This document shows, piece by piece, positions 13,685 to 27,037 of a stretch of DNA of 64,000 nucleotides. Position numbers and translations under genes: made by a program. How positions within the stretch are numbered: position 1 is the stretch's first letter; every line of letters starts with the position of its first letter. The DNA lies in NCBI RefSeq assembly GCF_006345805.1, contig NC_043005.1:74276001-74340000 (forward strand), given 5' to 3'. The stretch is from Octopus sinensis. Taxonomy: Eukaryota. The notes under the pieces were generated by a model that did no database searches, was not told the DNA's origin, and saw only the letters and a program-made list of their open reading frames with translations.

Positions 13685-14269
13685 GCTACGTTAAAAGAGA
13701 TTTAGCCAAGGTTTTGCTCAATGGGATCGAAATCAAATCCACTTGATTGTGCAGTGAAATATTTTAACCCCATAGCCATACTGATGCTTGTGTAACAAAT
13801 TATTAGAGCTTTAAATATACTGCCTTGTGATATTTGTTACGGTTCTCTGCGCTCTAATCAGTTCAAATCTATCGGATAACCTGCTCTAATTACCCCAAAA
13901 CGAGATGACAATTTATGAAAAGCTACATTAGATGGAGGAGAACAACACCCTTCAACTGCTATAGTCGGACAACGATGATTGTTTGAATAACTTCCCAAGG
14001 GAAGTGAAGTAATGTTGGTGCAGTGCTGTCAGACCAATATCTATAACTCGTGACAAGAAGTAGGCTTGCCAATTAGAATATACTAACAATAATGATAATA
14101 ATGATATTTTTTCTCAGAGACTTTCTTCGCCGTATATAATTACGTCAATCCCAAATGAAAGCGCTTTAAAAATCTATTTATCCATTTATTTATCCATTTA
14201 TTTGTTCCTTCATTCATTTTTCTTTTAAAATTCAGCAATGCTAAATCGTTTAAATCGTAATATATATAT

Positions 14270-14579
14270 TTTTTATTTATGCGCCCTTTTCAAGCCTAGC
14301 CAGGCTCATCGGCCCGTTTTCCCGGTTTCTATGGCGTATGCGTTCCCCCCAGTTGGACGGAACGCCAGTCCATCGCAGCGTTACTCAAGAAACAGGAAGA
14401 AAGAGTGAGAGAAAGTTGGAGCGAAAAAGTACAACTGGGGTCGCCCCCCCCCTGCCGGAGCCTCGTGGAGCTTTAGGTATTTTCGCTCAATAAACACACA
14501 GCGCCCGGACTGGGAATCGAAACCGCAATCCTCCAAACGCGAGAGCGCTGCCCTAACCACTGGGCCATTGCGCCTCCAC
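14270..14579 (-). mobile_element. Chimeric SINE: family C head and body plus family D tail
   Basis: 14387-14579 matches the 5' half of family C; 14270-14386 matches the gagtaacgc.gcgat.gactggcgt.ccgtcca..aaaagggcgcat tail of 53370-53623. Confidence 0.75.
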
Positions 14580-15146
14580 TTAACTGGAAATATATCCTAT
14601 ATAATGGCCAAATGTTTTAAGTTCGCTTTGGAATCACACTCTAGCCAATGATTAACAGTAAGTTGAGAAATAGTGAAAATTACTATAGACATAATAATTT
14701 CGTGTATTGTGTTTTGGTTCGTAAAATCCCTGGAATTTTTCACCTTATGGGAATAACGTACCATCCTAAAATTCATTCAAAAGCTGACTCAAATTAACCG
14801 TTGCCTACAGCATTTGCAACCTTATGACAAACACATGCTTCGGACATTTGATTGGTTTAACAAAACCAAAACCCACACCCTAATAAAATATATCACACCC
14901 ATCTAAGTCTGGTATCCGGAACTGTCACACTTCCTCTGTTGAATACTTTACCCAACGCAGCACCTCTAGAAGTATTTCCTAAAGAAATTTTCCTTTTACA
15001 CCTACGTTTAACAATCAAATACTTCTCCAAGAAAATCCGATGTAAATATTCAACCATCCCAGTTCTTCAGTCTAGGTGGAACTGCAATAATGGAGTCGCC
15101 TTAATCTTCCTTCTGCCAGTTGATTACATCATATAACAGAAAGAAA

Positions 15147-15539
15147 GGCGGCCAGCTGGCAGAAACGTTAGCACGCCGGGCTAAATACGTAGCTGTATTT
15201 CGTCTGCCGTTACGTTCTGAGTTCAAATTCCGCCGAAGTCGACTTTGCCTTTCATCCTTTCGGGGTCGATTAAATAATTACCACTTACGCACTGGGGTCA
15301 ATATAATCGACTTAATCCGTTTGTCTGTCCTTGTTTGTCCTCTCTGTGTTTAACCCCTTGTGGGTAGTAAAGAAATAGGTATTTCGTCTGCAGTTAGTTA
15401 CGTTCCGAGTTCAAATTCCGCCGAGGTCGACTTTGCCTTTTCGGGGTCGATAAATTAAGTACCAGTTGCGTACTGGGGTCGATCTAATCGACTGTTCTCT
15501 TCCCCCAAAATTTCAGGCCTTGTGCCTCTAATAGAAATT
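15147..15539 (+). mobile_element. SINE B dimer (two different tails)
   Basis: Unit 1 tail aaagaaata joined by GG (15378-15379) to internal tatttcgtctg of unit 2. Outer TSD atcatata(a/g)cagaaaga at 15128-15144 and 15540-15556. Confidence 0.85.
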
Positions 15540-16045
15540 ATCATATAGCAGAAAGACTTGCGAACTGTTTCCAATAAAAGGGATGATACAAACGAAGAAA
15601 ATGATAATAGCATTAGAAATTCATGTTTTACAACTGAAAACCCGTAAATTTATAAGACTTAGTAAACACCATGGTTGTACGTAAAGTTTATGAATTCAGA
15701 TAAGCTCGTATGCTGTGAAAAGGATATTGATATTTTGAAACTGGCGCCTCATCTCAGTCGAAGCAATCCCTTTTTTTCGGACGAGCAGTCAGTCTTGAAA
15801 CGTTTCCATCTTAATCACCACATGGCATACTAAATGATAAAAACTCAAATACTACTCTATGTCATATGAACATCTCCAGTTTCCATTGAATCATTTTCTT
15901 TACGCGCACACACACATACATACACTCACACACACATACACACACACTCACACACAAACACCTAAAGAAAAAAGAGTCCATGAAAACTGCGATATATATA
16001 TATATGTATGTGCGTGTATGGGTGTGTATGGGTGTGTATATATAT

Positions 16046-16118
<73 letters not shown>

Positions 16119-16204
16119 TGTATGTATGTATGTATGTATGTGTGTGTGTATAGTTCAAATTACAGAAAACACATGCAGGAACAACATGCAGGTGCATTAG
16201 TTTA

Positions 16205-16320
16205 AAGCCCAAGAAAAATGAAAAAGTCCTTTACGTTTCGAGCCAATGCTCTTCGGCAGAAAGAATTAGCAGAAAAAATGGAGTGAGAAGGAAAAATAAA
16301 CGGAGAGAAAAATGTGACAT
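16205..16320 (-). mobile_element. PLE pLTR fragment (P1-related subfamily)
   Basis: Minus strand tctttctgccgaagagcattggctcgaaacgtaaagga (16227-16264), adjacent to (TA)n. Confidence 0.5.
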
Positions 16321-16425
16321 ATATATATATATATACAGATGTATATACACATGTATGTGTATATACAGATGTATATACATGTATATATATCTATATCTAT
16401 ATATATACATGTATATATATACATG

Positions 16426-16525
<100 letters not shown>

Positions 16526-17042
16526 CATGTATATACGCATGTATATATATAATGTAGAGGAACAGAGACGTATCATTTAAGACAGAATTGCCAGTTCACG
16601 TTTTGCTCCCGTTAATATCGACTAGAAATACTGTCTTAGATTTAAACTCCATTCCAGTTTTAATTTGGGATACAGTTTCAGTGGTACTCTCCCGATTTTT
16701 ATTAATTTTTTGCAATACACACACACACACATACACACACACACACACACACATGTATATATATATATATATATATATACACGCATAATTTATTAGTGTT
16801 GTAATACATACCTGAACAATTTCCAGACAAATTTACTGGCGCGGGGAAAGAAGGTTTCAATTTGCTGGGCACAAACTTGGATGAAATCGAAGCGATGATT
16901 AGTAATCCATCAAAATTATATAATACTTTTCAGAAAATGCGGCCACACACGTACACAATATAACACACAAACGCGCGCGCACACACACAACGTTATATTT
17001 GTGTGTATGCGTATATGTATGTGCGGCGTATGTATGTGTGTG

Positions 17043-17126
<84 letters not shown>

Positions 17127-17365
17127 TATATATATACATACACACATACATACATACATATATATATACATACATATATATATATATATACATATGTATA
17201 TCTATTCTCTCTCCCTCCTTCTCCCTCTGTTTTTCTCTATATATATATGAACATACATATACATACATGTATACATATGTATGTATGTGGGTATATATAT
17301 GTATTTACATATATATGTATATATTATGGTTATATATATATACATGTATATATATATATATATAT

Positions 17366-17396
<31 letters not shown>

Positions 17397-17759
17397 ATAT
17401 ATTATATATATATATATATATTATACATGAGTGTGTGTTGTGACTATCTGGGTGAGTGTGTCTGTGCATGTGTGTGTATTATGTGTGTACGTGTGTGTGT
17501 TTATGTGTGTTTGTGTGTCTGTGTATGGGAAACCTGTGCGCGCGTACACGTAAACGGAAACTTCAGCACATTTGTGTTGCGGAAAGCCGTCCACACTCCC
17601 AAGAATGATGTTTCCTACCAACACTCAAAACAACGAATCTACGTAAATCCATGCACATACGATACACGCATGTATACTCGCATGTATTCCATTAAAATTT
17701 ATGAACAACAGATATATAAAGAGAAAAAAAGAATGTCATCTATACCATATGCTTTGTAG

Positions 17760-18420
17760 TTTTGATAAGCGAATAAAAGTCATCGTTCCGCGGTTAGTTC
17801 CTGAGTATGGTTGGTCGATCAGATCAAAGAATTAATTGTGTCTCGGCTTTTCACACGGAATGATATTCTTTCTTCAAGGTCTATGTATTTCAACCTAAGA
17901 CTTCAAACTTTTTAATTTTTAATTTTATCCCCTAAAGTGTGTTTAGATTGCAGCTCAAAGGCAGCACTAAAACCCCTTGTGGGTAGAGAGAACTTTACCA
18001 AATGTATAGCCTTTGAATTAATAATTTATACAGCAACGTCTTTGAAGTGAAACGGTGGAATGGTTGGGCAATCGTTAACTCGAATATGGGGCCGTTTCTT
18101 GTTGAACTATGTTATGAAATACTTATCCGCCAGTTAAAGAATGCCTTACAAATTCTTCTGCAGTTGATTGTAAACACTTGGGCATGTCGAATTCATGTAT
18201 CTGTTTTAATACTGATTCGATATCAAACGTTAATATTTTGGGAAAAGCATGAACACCACTATGGCTTATTTTAGGAACCGGATGTACATATAAAAAAATC
18301 CACATTTCTGCCTACACAGAATAATCCATTACTCTCAAGCCAATGAGAAATGGGCTTTACTTGATTGCTTGTCCTTTTAAAAATAGCAGCGAAATTTTCA
18401 AATCGTTCTATCTATCTTGT
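17760..18420 (-). pseudogene. Old non-LTR retrotransposon RT/thumb relic
   Basis: Ordered motifs across frameshifts: SHWLESNGL (~18322-18348), LTFDIE, KTLLYKLLIQ (~18013-18042), LEERISFR (~17855-17878), in the order expected after the RT catalytic motif of LINEs. Confidence 0.4.
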
Positions 18421-19093
18421 AAAAGGACATATTAGGTAATGTCATTCTTGATATATAAAAGGATGGAATGGGTGTAGGTGAAACACATTTGATCGTAGAT
18501 CCTATCGATCAGCGCTGACCCGAAATTATTAAAAAGAACAGGTATGCTCAACGAAGGAGCAGTAGAATACAGACTGAAATGCGTTAAAGGAAAATGTTTC
18601 ATAAAAACTGAAATTCCAGGGAGAAATTGTGAGTTGTGGTGTATGATGGAGTAAATCTCAAAATACAGGTACTGGTACTACATTTATTCCTTCTGTACGA
18701 TCGTTTCAATAATACATGGTGCAGACAAATTATAAATATAAATAATAACCATGCAAAATGACAACATATGATTCAAGGCCATATCGTCAGAGAAAGGTCA
18801 GAAAGCAGTACTGTTACATAAATCAATTGCTATATTCATGATTTATCTGAAGCATGTATTGTTGAAATGATCGCAATGAAAGAATAAATATAATAGCAAT
18901 ACCTCCTTTCTAGGACTTACTGATTATATATGCATATACATATGTATATATACTTACTGAATATGTATACATATATATATATACATACATACGCACACAT
19001 ACATACATACATACACACATACATACGCACTCACACACATATACATATATATATACATTCATATATATCTGCATATATATAAATATGCATATA

Positions 19094-19139
<46 letters not shown>

Positions 19140-19604
19140 GCATATTATATGTCCACACAGGTATATATAAATGCGCATGTATATAAGTATTGATGTATGT
19201 ATGTATGTATGTACAACAACAAACATCAATTGAAAGGTTGATGTAATATTTCTAGAGAAACAAAGCAGCCTTTAATATTCCCCAAAAGCCTGATTCAAGA
19301 TATCAAATAAATTATGCGTGTCTATACACACATACGAGCATGCATGCATGCGTACATACCAACAAATATTACGTACTACATGGTTATTATGTATAGTGAA
19401 CAATGTATGTGAATTTCTTTTTCTTGCTCTTTCTCATCTGCCGTCTCTGTATGCACTGTCTCACACACACATATATGTATTATTTAGAGAAGTAAAACTA
19501 AAGTAGGATATAGTATGGGCCAAAAACGTTTATATTGCTAGCAATGACATCGAAATCTTTTTGAATTTCCTTTTATGATTAATGAAGACAAATGGCCAGC
19601 AATT

Positions 19605-20010
19605 CTTTTAAGTGTTTCAGTCATTTTGACTGCGGCCATGCTGGAGCACCGCCTCTAGTCGAACGAATCGACACCAAGTGTTATTCTTTGTAAACCTAGT
19701 ATTTATTTCATCGGACCTTTTGACGAGCCGCAGGGCTATGCAGGCGTAAACACACCAACAGCGGTTGTCAAGCGATGGTGGTGGGGGACAAATACAAACG
19801 CAAAAGATACATACCAACATACATACATATATATATACACATATATACGACGGGCTTCTTTCAGTTTCCGTCTACCAAGTCCACTCACAAGGCTTTGATC
19901 GACCCGAGGTTATAGTAGAAGACACTTGCCCAAGGTGACACGCAATGGGACTGAAAGACCGTACCATGTGGTTGGGAAGCAAGTTTCTTACCATACAGCT
20001 CCTCCTGTAT
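19605..20010 (-). mobile_element. SINE family A, full length, diverged
   Basis: Both arms in reverse orientation around (TACA)/(TA). Confidence 0.8.
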
Positions 20011-20192
20011 AATAACAACAACAATACATGCATGCACATATGTGTTTATATATATATATATGCATATCTCTCTCTATCTATGAAGCTAACTAGCTATATA
20101 GCTAGTTGTATGCAGCTATACGTACATACATACATACATACGTAATACATGCATACATACACACATACATGCATGCATACATACGCACACAC

Positions 20193-20223
<31 letters not shown>

Positions 20224-20789
20224 CATACATACATACATACATACATACATACATACATACATGTATACATACATATATACATTGGAGTCCTACATTTTTT
20301 AGAAAGAGACTTGATCTTGATCTGATCTAACTTTCTGTGTAAACTGATGCAATTATACCGTCGCATAATTGGAGCAGCCATTTTAAATATACATATTGCT
20401 TTACATATTTATATCTCAATAGCATCTCGTACTATAATATGTCAAAAAATTTCGTTACCGACTTGACACAATTCCACTGCATTTATTAAAAATCTGCTGT
20501 TGACCATTTTTCTAAAATATAAACCTTGGGAAAATACTTTCTTTTCATGATTGGCATCTCACATTTTCTTTCTAAATCTTTACTACATTTTTCTTTAAGT
20601 ATAGGAGTGCTTAATGTCTTTTGCATGTTACTTTGATATAAAAATGAAGTATTTTGTGACACTTTTATCCAGTAGGTCTTTTGGAAGGGAATTAGGGACG
20701 TGGTGTAGTTCTTTAGGCAGAATTTGTGTAAATGTATGTAGTTATGAATATACATACATAAATACATACATATATTTATATATATATAC

Positions 20790-21031
20790 ATAGCAGAGTA
20801 AGGACATAATTGCGAAACAAGTTGTAAAAAATAGTACTCTGATACCAGAGGTAGAATAATATGCTTTATTAAAAAGCAGCAAAAATATCACAAAAACTGT
20901 TACTCAGAGTTTCACGTTCCCGTTCGTCGGAGTTTTGTTGAGAATGGTGCAAAACTGTCCGATGAACGGGAACGTGAAACGCTGAGTAACAATTTTTGTG
21001 ACATTTCTGCTGCTTTTTAATAAAGTATATT
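20790..21031. mobile_element. PLE family P2 pLTR with inverted copy (arms 20858-20937 / 20950-21031)
   Basis: About 80-bp inverted arms around a 12-nt spacer, each arm holding a hammerhead motif. The same family recurs at 8224-8320 and ~22692-22812 (aataaagcatattactctacc..gagtact). Confidence 0.65.
20951..20996 (+). ncRNA. Minimal type I hammerhead ribozyme motif (mirror copy 20893-20936 on minus strand)
   Basis: Stem I AAAACUGU/ACA(A/G)UUUU, core CCGAUGA (U4 to C), stem II ACG-GGAA-CGU, GAAA, near-palindromic stem III ACUC-U-GAGU (intact in the minus copy), cleavage triplet GUA. Confidence 0.6.
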
Positions 21032-21058
21032 ATATAAATATACTTTATTTATAAATAA

Positions 21059-21102
<44 letters not shown>

Positions 21103-21576
21103 ATATATATATATATTATATATATATATATATATATATCAATGATAAGGACACATAAATATATCTGCCCCCTAGAGATAAGTGTTAAAACCCTCGTTCA
21201 AACAACCTAAAATAACACTGAAAATAATAACATAATCTACAGTACTCTGGCGAACGTATCGAAAAATATCTTTTACATATCTATATTGCATGTAGTTATA
21301 TATTTCTAGGTATAAGTATACACGTGAATCGGTTTTTGGTTCGATATAACAATCTTACCATCATTAGCACGTATTAACCGTTTGAAAAATTTTCGCAGCC
21401 CGCTACGTTGAAGCCTCCTGGCGTCCTGAATTGCTTTACGCCAAAACAAAGGACAGCCTCAGTTTGAAAAATACTAGTCAGGGGCAAATATTCAAGAGTG
21501 AATTTTTATATAGATATTAATATTGCTAGTATTATCGAAGGCAATATAAATAGTTGATAATAGCAATAACATTAAT

Positions 21577-21621
<45 letters not shown>

Positions 21622-21624
<3 letters not shown>

Positions 21625-22017
21625 TTATATATAAAAGTGAAGTTGTGTGAGTGTCTGTCTCCTACGATTTAGATTCCTAACTACTCCCACATTTTGCGGT
21701 GCAGTTTAACCAAAACCGGGTATCTTATAGTCGTGATTTATATCGAGCCCTTCTGGGTATTAGCGCACGTCTACGGTGAGTCTACGATTTAAAAAAAAAA
21801 TTACCATCAATTTTTCCCATTTTTAATGCATTTTTGGCATATACAAGGGAAGTAACTCTCTAAAAATTTATTATTAAATCTCAGAACGTAAAAAGCTACA
21901 GTAACACCCCCCCTTTGTGGTTAGCCATATTGAGATGGCTATTATACTTTACATCTCTAAAAATGCTTATATAGTTATTTCCCTTACAAACCCGAGCAAC
22001 GCCGGGCGATACTGCTA

Positions 22018-22018
<1 letters not shown>
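21622..22018 (+). mobile_element. Non-autonomous Helitron
   Basis: 5' TCTTTATATATAAAAG, 3' hairpin CCCG-agcaacgc-CGGG (21991-22006) then CTAG; inserted at A^T in (TA)n. Confidence 0.85.
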
Positions 22019-22054
<36 letters not shown>

Positions 22055-24139
22055 GAGTGTGTGTGGTATGTGTAAGTTTGTATGTGCGTGTGTTTGCCTG
22101 TATTTTCTTTATCGTGATTTATTAGAGAACGTGTAGTCACGTTTCCATATCTGTGTATGTTTTGAAATAAGCCCTTCTTCGATAACCTTCTAGAATAATG
22201 TTGTGCATATATATACCCTTTTGATTTACGTTTATATAGTTAATTTTCCTATAAGAATATTTCAGGCTTGTATATACAACATATTTACTTATACAAAAAC
22301 TTCCAGGCAAGCATCCATATGTAGACTAATGCCTATATGTTAAATTGTGCAGATAGATTTTCCATGATTGGCATCTCACATTTTCTTTCTAAGACTTAAC
22401 ATTTCTCTTTAAGTATAGGAGTGCTTAATGTCTTTCACATGTTACTTTGATATAGAAATGAAGTATTTTGTGACACTTTTATCCAGTAGCTCTTTTGGAA
22501 GGGAATTAGGGACGTGGTGTAGTTCTTTAGGAAGTATTTGTATAAATGTATTTTATATACATACATAAATAAATGCATACATACATACATACATACACAC
22601 ATACATACATACATACATACATACATACATACATACATACATACACACACACACACGCAGAGACACACACACATACACACACATATAGATATTTATATAT
22701 CAAAGCAGGCACATAATTGCGAAATAAAGTGGAAAAAATAGTACTCGAATCCTAGAGGTAGAGTTTAGAAGTTATTGATATGGTTTATTAAAAAGCAGCA
22801 AAAATATCAAAATAATGGGGAAGGAAAGAGGCATCCCGAAACCCGGAACTTTCAACTGCGCTAGAGACATTGAAGGATCAAGTGATGGGATCAAACGGAT
22901 TTTGGATTATGGTTACCACCCATGTAGGCCACGGTGGGATTTGAACTCAGAATGCAAAGAACCGGAAATAATAACGGAAAGAACCTCGTCCGACACTCCC
23001 TTTTGCTTTTATTTCTATAAAATGATATGCTAATGCATGCGATGGCTATATACATATTGACATCGGAGAATCAGGAATTGGTTTGAGACGACATTATGTC
23101 ACCATACTAATCAATGAAGAATTAAGTATTTTAGACGTGTCTGCTAGGTTAGTCATCGAAACAACACCATAACAACACCAAGTGCAGCAACAATAAATAA
23201 CCCAGTTAAAACAACCGATTAAGAGTCTAGCAAATGTCTCCAAAATACGATAGAATCTTTATCGAAGGCACCAGGATTTGTTACAATTATCACTCTAGTA
23301 AATAGATACGTTGAAGTATAAATTAGCAAAAATATTTGGAAAAAATATTCTTGGAACAGACATTGCATTGTTGTCGTTATTTATTATTATCAGCCGGAAG
23401 TGTCCGAGTTGCGTGTCGAGCGACGAAGCCTTTTTACATGCGCTTGTTCCATTTTTTTTTCTTTCTCATTGCTGATTTGCAGAGTTATGTCGAACAGCTG
23501 TTGCTGCATGTAGGGCGTATCTGACTGTCAGAAGAATCTATAATAAACTTTGCCTCACCGTCTCGCAAAGGAGGTCATGCAGTTTTACCTCCTAACTGGT
23601 AGCTATAGAAAAAACACAATATTTTAAAAGTGCCCGAAGATATTTTAAAAGTGACGATAGAGTTTTTCAAATTCTGCTAAGTTCTCAACAACTTCTATTA
23701 GCATTATTTTATAAGTAATGTGAGGGTAGAAACATAGATACTTGAAAACTTGAAAAAGTAGCGAGTGAGGATAGGGTGAATCGTTTTACTTTAGAGGCGC
23801 GTTTTCCGGTCGCGAACACTTGATTAACTCTCTGTGTTTTTTTTTTCTTGTATTAATATAAAAAGAAGTACCAGTTGTATACAAGGGTCGATTTAATCGA
23901 TTTAAACCCTGCCCCGAAATTGCGGGCCTTGTGCCAAAACCACCACCACAACCACTACTACTATCATTATTTCCGGCTCTTTACGTTCTAACTTCAAATC
24001 TTGCTACGATCAACTTTCGATAAAATTAAATACCACTCAAATACTGGGTTGATTAATCGCTTGATCGCTTTCCCTTAAAATTGCTGCAATTAGAAGGAAT
24101 TATTATAATAATTCTTTCTACTACTACTACTACTACTAC

Positions 24140-24645
24140 TTTATTGGGTGAGAGCGCAGCACGTTGCATCAAAATGGCGTTGGGGTACAGATAAAGGAAG
24201 CGCAATATACCCATCATGACTACCCGTCTGACATGGGTACACCAGGCACATATATCACAACTATGTATGCTCACAAAAATAGTTACCGCATATCAAAATT
24301 AACAGTGCATGACTTTACAGATGGGGCCTGTAGAGTTTTCTTCTGGTCAAGTTGCCTACCCCACTCAAAAGCTTCCTGAATAAGGGTTGTTTAAGGATGA
24401 TGATCGAAGCACTCATGTTTCCAAGGGAGAATTATTCAAACCTCAAAGAATCCCTCTCTCCACACCAGGCTATAATGCTCCCCCATTACTCATGCACGTT
24501 ATCAGAGATGCATGTATCTTCAGCCACTACCGGACATGTTCAACTGTTTAAGGTCGAGCAACCGACAAAGAAATCTGTGATTTTGAGCAGGATATCTGCT
24601 GTAGCTCATCTTTTAAACTAAGACAAAACATGTGCCATCTTAGTC
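24140..24645 (+). repeat. Unclassified interspersed repeat (family F), second copy ~38085-38545
   Basis: Colinear shared blocks ggggtaca..catgactacccgtctga..cctgaataagggttgtttaaggatgatga..tgctgtagc. The 38-kb copy runs into (ATC)n. Confidence 0.7.
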
Positions 24646-24848
24646 AAAAGTGACTTCTAGGAACAGATTGTTTAAGAGGGTAAGAAGATTATGATGGAGG
24701 TGTTTAGAATTGTAGCGTGTCAAAAGTTAACTAGCATAAAGTTTTGAGTGTTGTCAACGCCAGAGCGTTTCCAATTCCAGAAACGTTTTATGGGAACTTT
24801 TATCAGATACTACAATACGTTGGAGAATTTTTTTTCAATTTATATTGT

Positions 24849-25005
24849 GGATGCTGGCGTAGTTGTGTGGTAAGAAGTTTGCACCCCAACCACATGGCTT
24901 AGGGTTCACTCCTACTGTGTGGAATTTTAGGCAAGCGTTTTCTATTATAGCTCCGTGTCAACAAAAAGCCTTGTGAGTGGATTCGGTAGAGGAAAGAAGC
25001 CGTCG

Positions 25006-25082
<77 letters not shown>

Positions 25083-25275
25083 ATCTGTGCATGTGTGTAT
25101 GTTTTTGTGTTAGTGTTTGTTCTCACCACCCATCACCGTTTGACAACCCGTGTGAATTTCTTTACGTCTTGTAACATTAGAGGTTCGGCAAAATGAGACG
25201 GATAGAATAAGCACCAGGCTTTAAAATAAGTGCTGGGGATCGATTCGTTCGACTAAACCCTTCAAGACAGTGCCC
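24849..25275 (+). mobile_element. SINE family A, old copy with (TATC)n core
   Basis: Diverged head and right arm; the internal repeat is (TATC)n rather than (TA)/(TG). Confidence 0.7.
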
Positions 25276-25606
25276 GAAATGCCGTGCAGTGGGACTGAAC
25301 CCGATACGGCGTGGTTGCAAAGCGGCCTTCTTAACCACACACGCAAGGGTTATATGTAGTCGTATGGGATATTTTACTCATTTTACTTGTAGAATGTCTA
25401 TTACATATTTTTATTTATTTCTCCGTCTGTCTGCTCTCTGTTCGTAGATTCTGAACTTTGTCATGATAGATTGTTTACTTAATCTTGCATAGCACATAAT
25501 CTTGTGAGCACATAAACGTAAAGAAAATTCTTTAACTGCGTAATAGAATAAGGTATCATAATGTTATAACTTGTTATTTCTTCTTTTACATCGCTGGTGA
25601 CATCCT

Positions 25607-25925
25607 TCAATCTCCGTTGGTCTGACTATAATTAATGGGAATTACTTTAGCTTGCTGTAAGTAATATAGCAAGCTCTTGACACGATCATCGTCAAGTGCC
25701 TTTTGTTCAGCTGCAATGGAATTTTGCAGGATTCTAGCATTAGCAGAGGCTGGTGTTACAGTCATTGAAGACTTACAGCGATCGAAAGTAATCGTGTTAA
25801 CACTGTTTGCATTGTTATTGATATCCTCATCAATAAAAGTACTATTATTGTTACTATTAAAACTATCTTTAATACTGTTAGAAAAATGCGATTTCTGTAC
25901 GCTTTTCCTCATATTAATATTGTAC
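25607..25925 (-). CDS. Possible coding exon or ORF relic (..ARILQNSIAAEQKALDDDRVKSLLYYLQQAKVIPINYSQTNGD*)
   Basis: Over 100 stop-free codons in non-repetitive AT-rich DNA, with a weak acceptor near 25926 and AATAAA (minus strand) near 25415. Could equally be a retroelement ORF relic. Confidence 0.3.
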
Positions 25926-26897
25926 CTAATGCTTATGTGCGTACATACATAGCTACATACTTACATGCACACGCGCGCGCGCACACGTCCACGCGCACAC
26001 ACGCACATATATACACATACAATATGTAAATGCATAAATATATATATTCACATATATATGCATATAATATACGAAAAGTTCCTAGCTTTGGATGAAAGAA
26101 AATACAGGAGGATCGGTATATATATATGTATATGTATATACACACATACATGCATACTTATACATACATATGCATACATATATATGCATATGCATACATA
26201 TATACATATATATATAATTATATAACTGTTTATTTTTATATATGTATATAAATATATGTATATACATGCGTACACATATATATATATATATATATATGTA
26301 TGTACATATACACATACGTACTTACATACATATATATGTATGTATGTATATACACATACATAAAAACATACCAAGAGAGAGAGAGAGAGGGAGAGAAAGA
26401 GAAAGAGAGAGAGAGAGAGAGCGTTTCTTAAGTCTTCTTCGTACTTACGTATTTCATAAATTTAAAAAATTTTTTTTGTTGTTGTTGCATTTTTGCTTGC
26501 TTGCTCATGGTTATCGTTCGATATTATTTATCATCATTTTTTCAACATTTTTATACGAATTTCTGCTCTAAAAGTAGGTGCGCATCCACGTTTCTGAAGT
26601 GTCAGTAGCATTGTCCTGTGAGAATGAAGAACTGTGCTTGTATACTGCATATACTGCATAACTTCATAAGTGCATTACTTTGTTTTGTTATTTCTACAGA
26701 AATTTTAGCGTTGTGTTTGTGTGCGGTATAGACTGTGAGTTGTGTGAGTTTATTGAACTTTAGTAAGATATCGTATGTAGTGCGAGATTGGTCCTATATG
26801 CTTTGGTATCAGAAGGTATTGAACTCTCTTGCAGCATCGGTGAATGAGTGTCCAACGAAACACGGCTGTTAAGAAAGTCTGATGATATTAGCGTTGA

Positions 26898-27037
26898 CGC
26901 CGACTTTGCCTTTCATCCTTTCGGGGTCGATAAATAAAGCACCAGTTTCGCACTGGAGTCGATGTAATCGACTTAATCCCTTTGTCTATCCTTGTTTGTC
27001 CCCTCTATGTTTACCCCCTGTGGGTAATAAAGAAATA
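26898..27037 (+). mobile_element. 5'-truncated SINE B with 14-bp TSD
   Basis: TSD gatattagcgttga at 26884-26897 and 27038-27051. Confidence 0.85.

Larger units (their letters stand above)
20542..22812. repeat. Dispersed local duplication (~20542-20905 vs ~22358-22812)
   Basis: A ~180-bp non-repetitive block, then microsatellite, then P2 pLTR, in the same order in both copies. Confidence 0.8.

Noticed and set aside
16812-16940. Coding exon (+ PEQFPDKFTGAGKEGFNLLGTNLDEIEAMISNPSK, or minus frame ending CAG|GTATGT)
   Set aside because: Both strands give open frames, each with only one good splice site; strand and status cannot be decided.
18150-18311. Minus-strand 162-nt exon with plausible AG/GT sites
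   Set aside because: Better explained as part of the LINE relic whose motifs continue on both sides.
23026-23150. + exon ending at a strong AG|GTTAGT donor
   Set aside because: No usable acceptor. The peptide (IGESGIGLRR) may instead be a decayed GIY-YIG motif, too weak to call either way.
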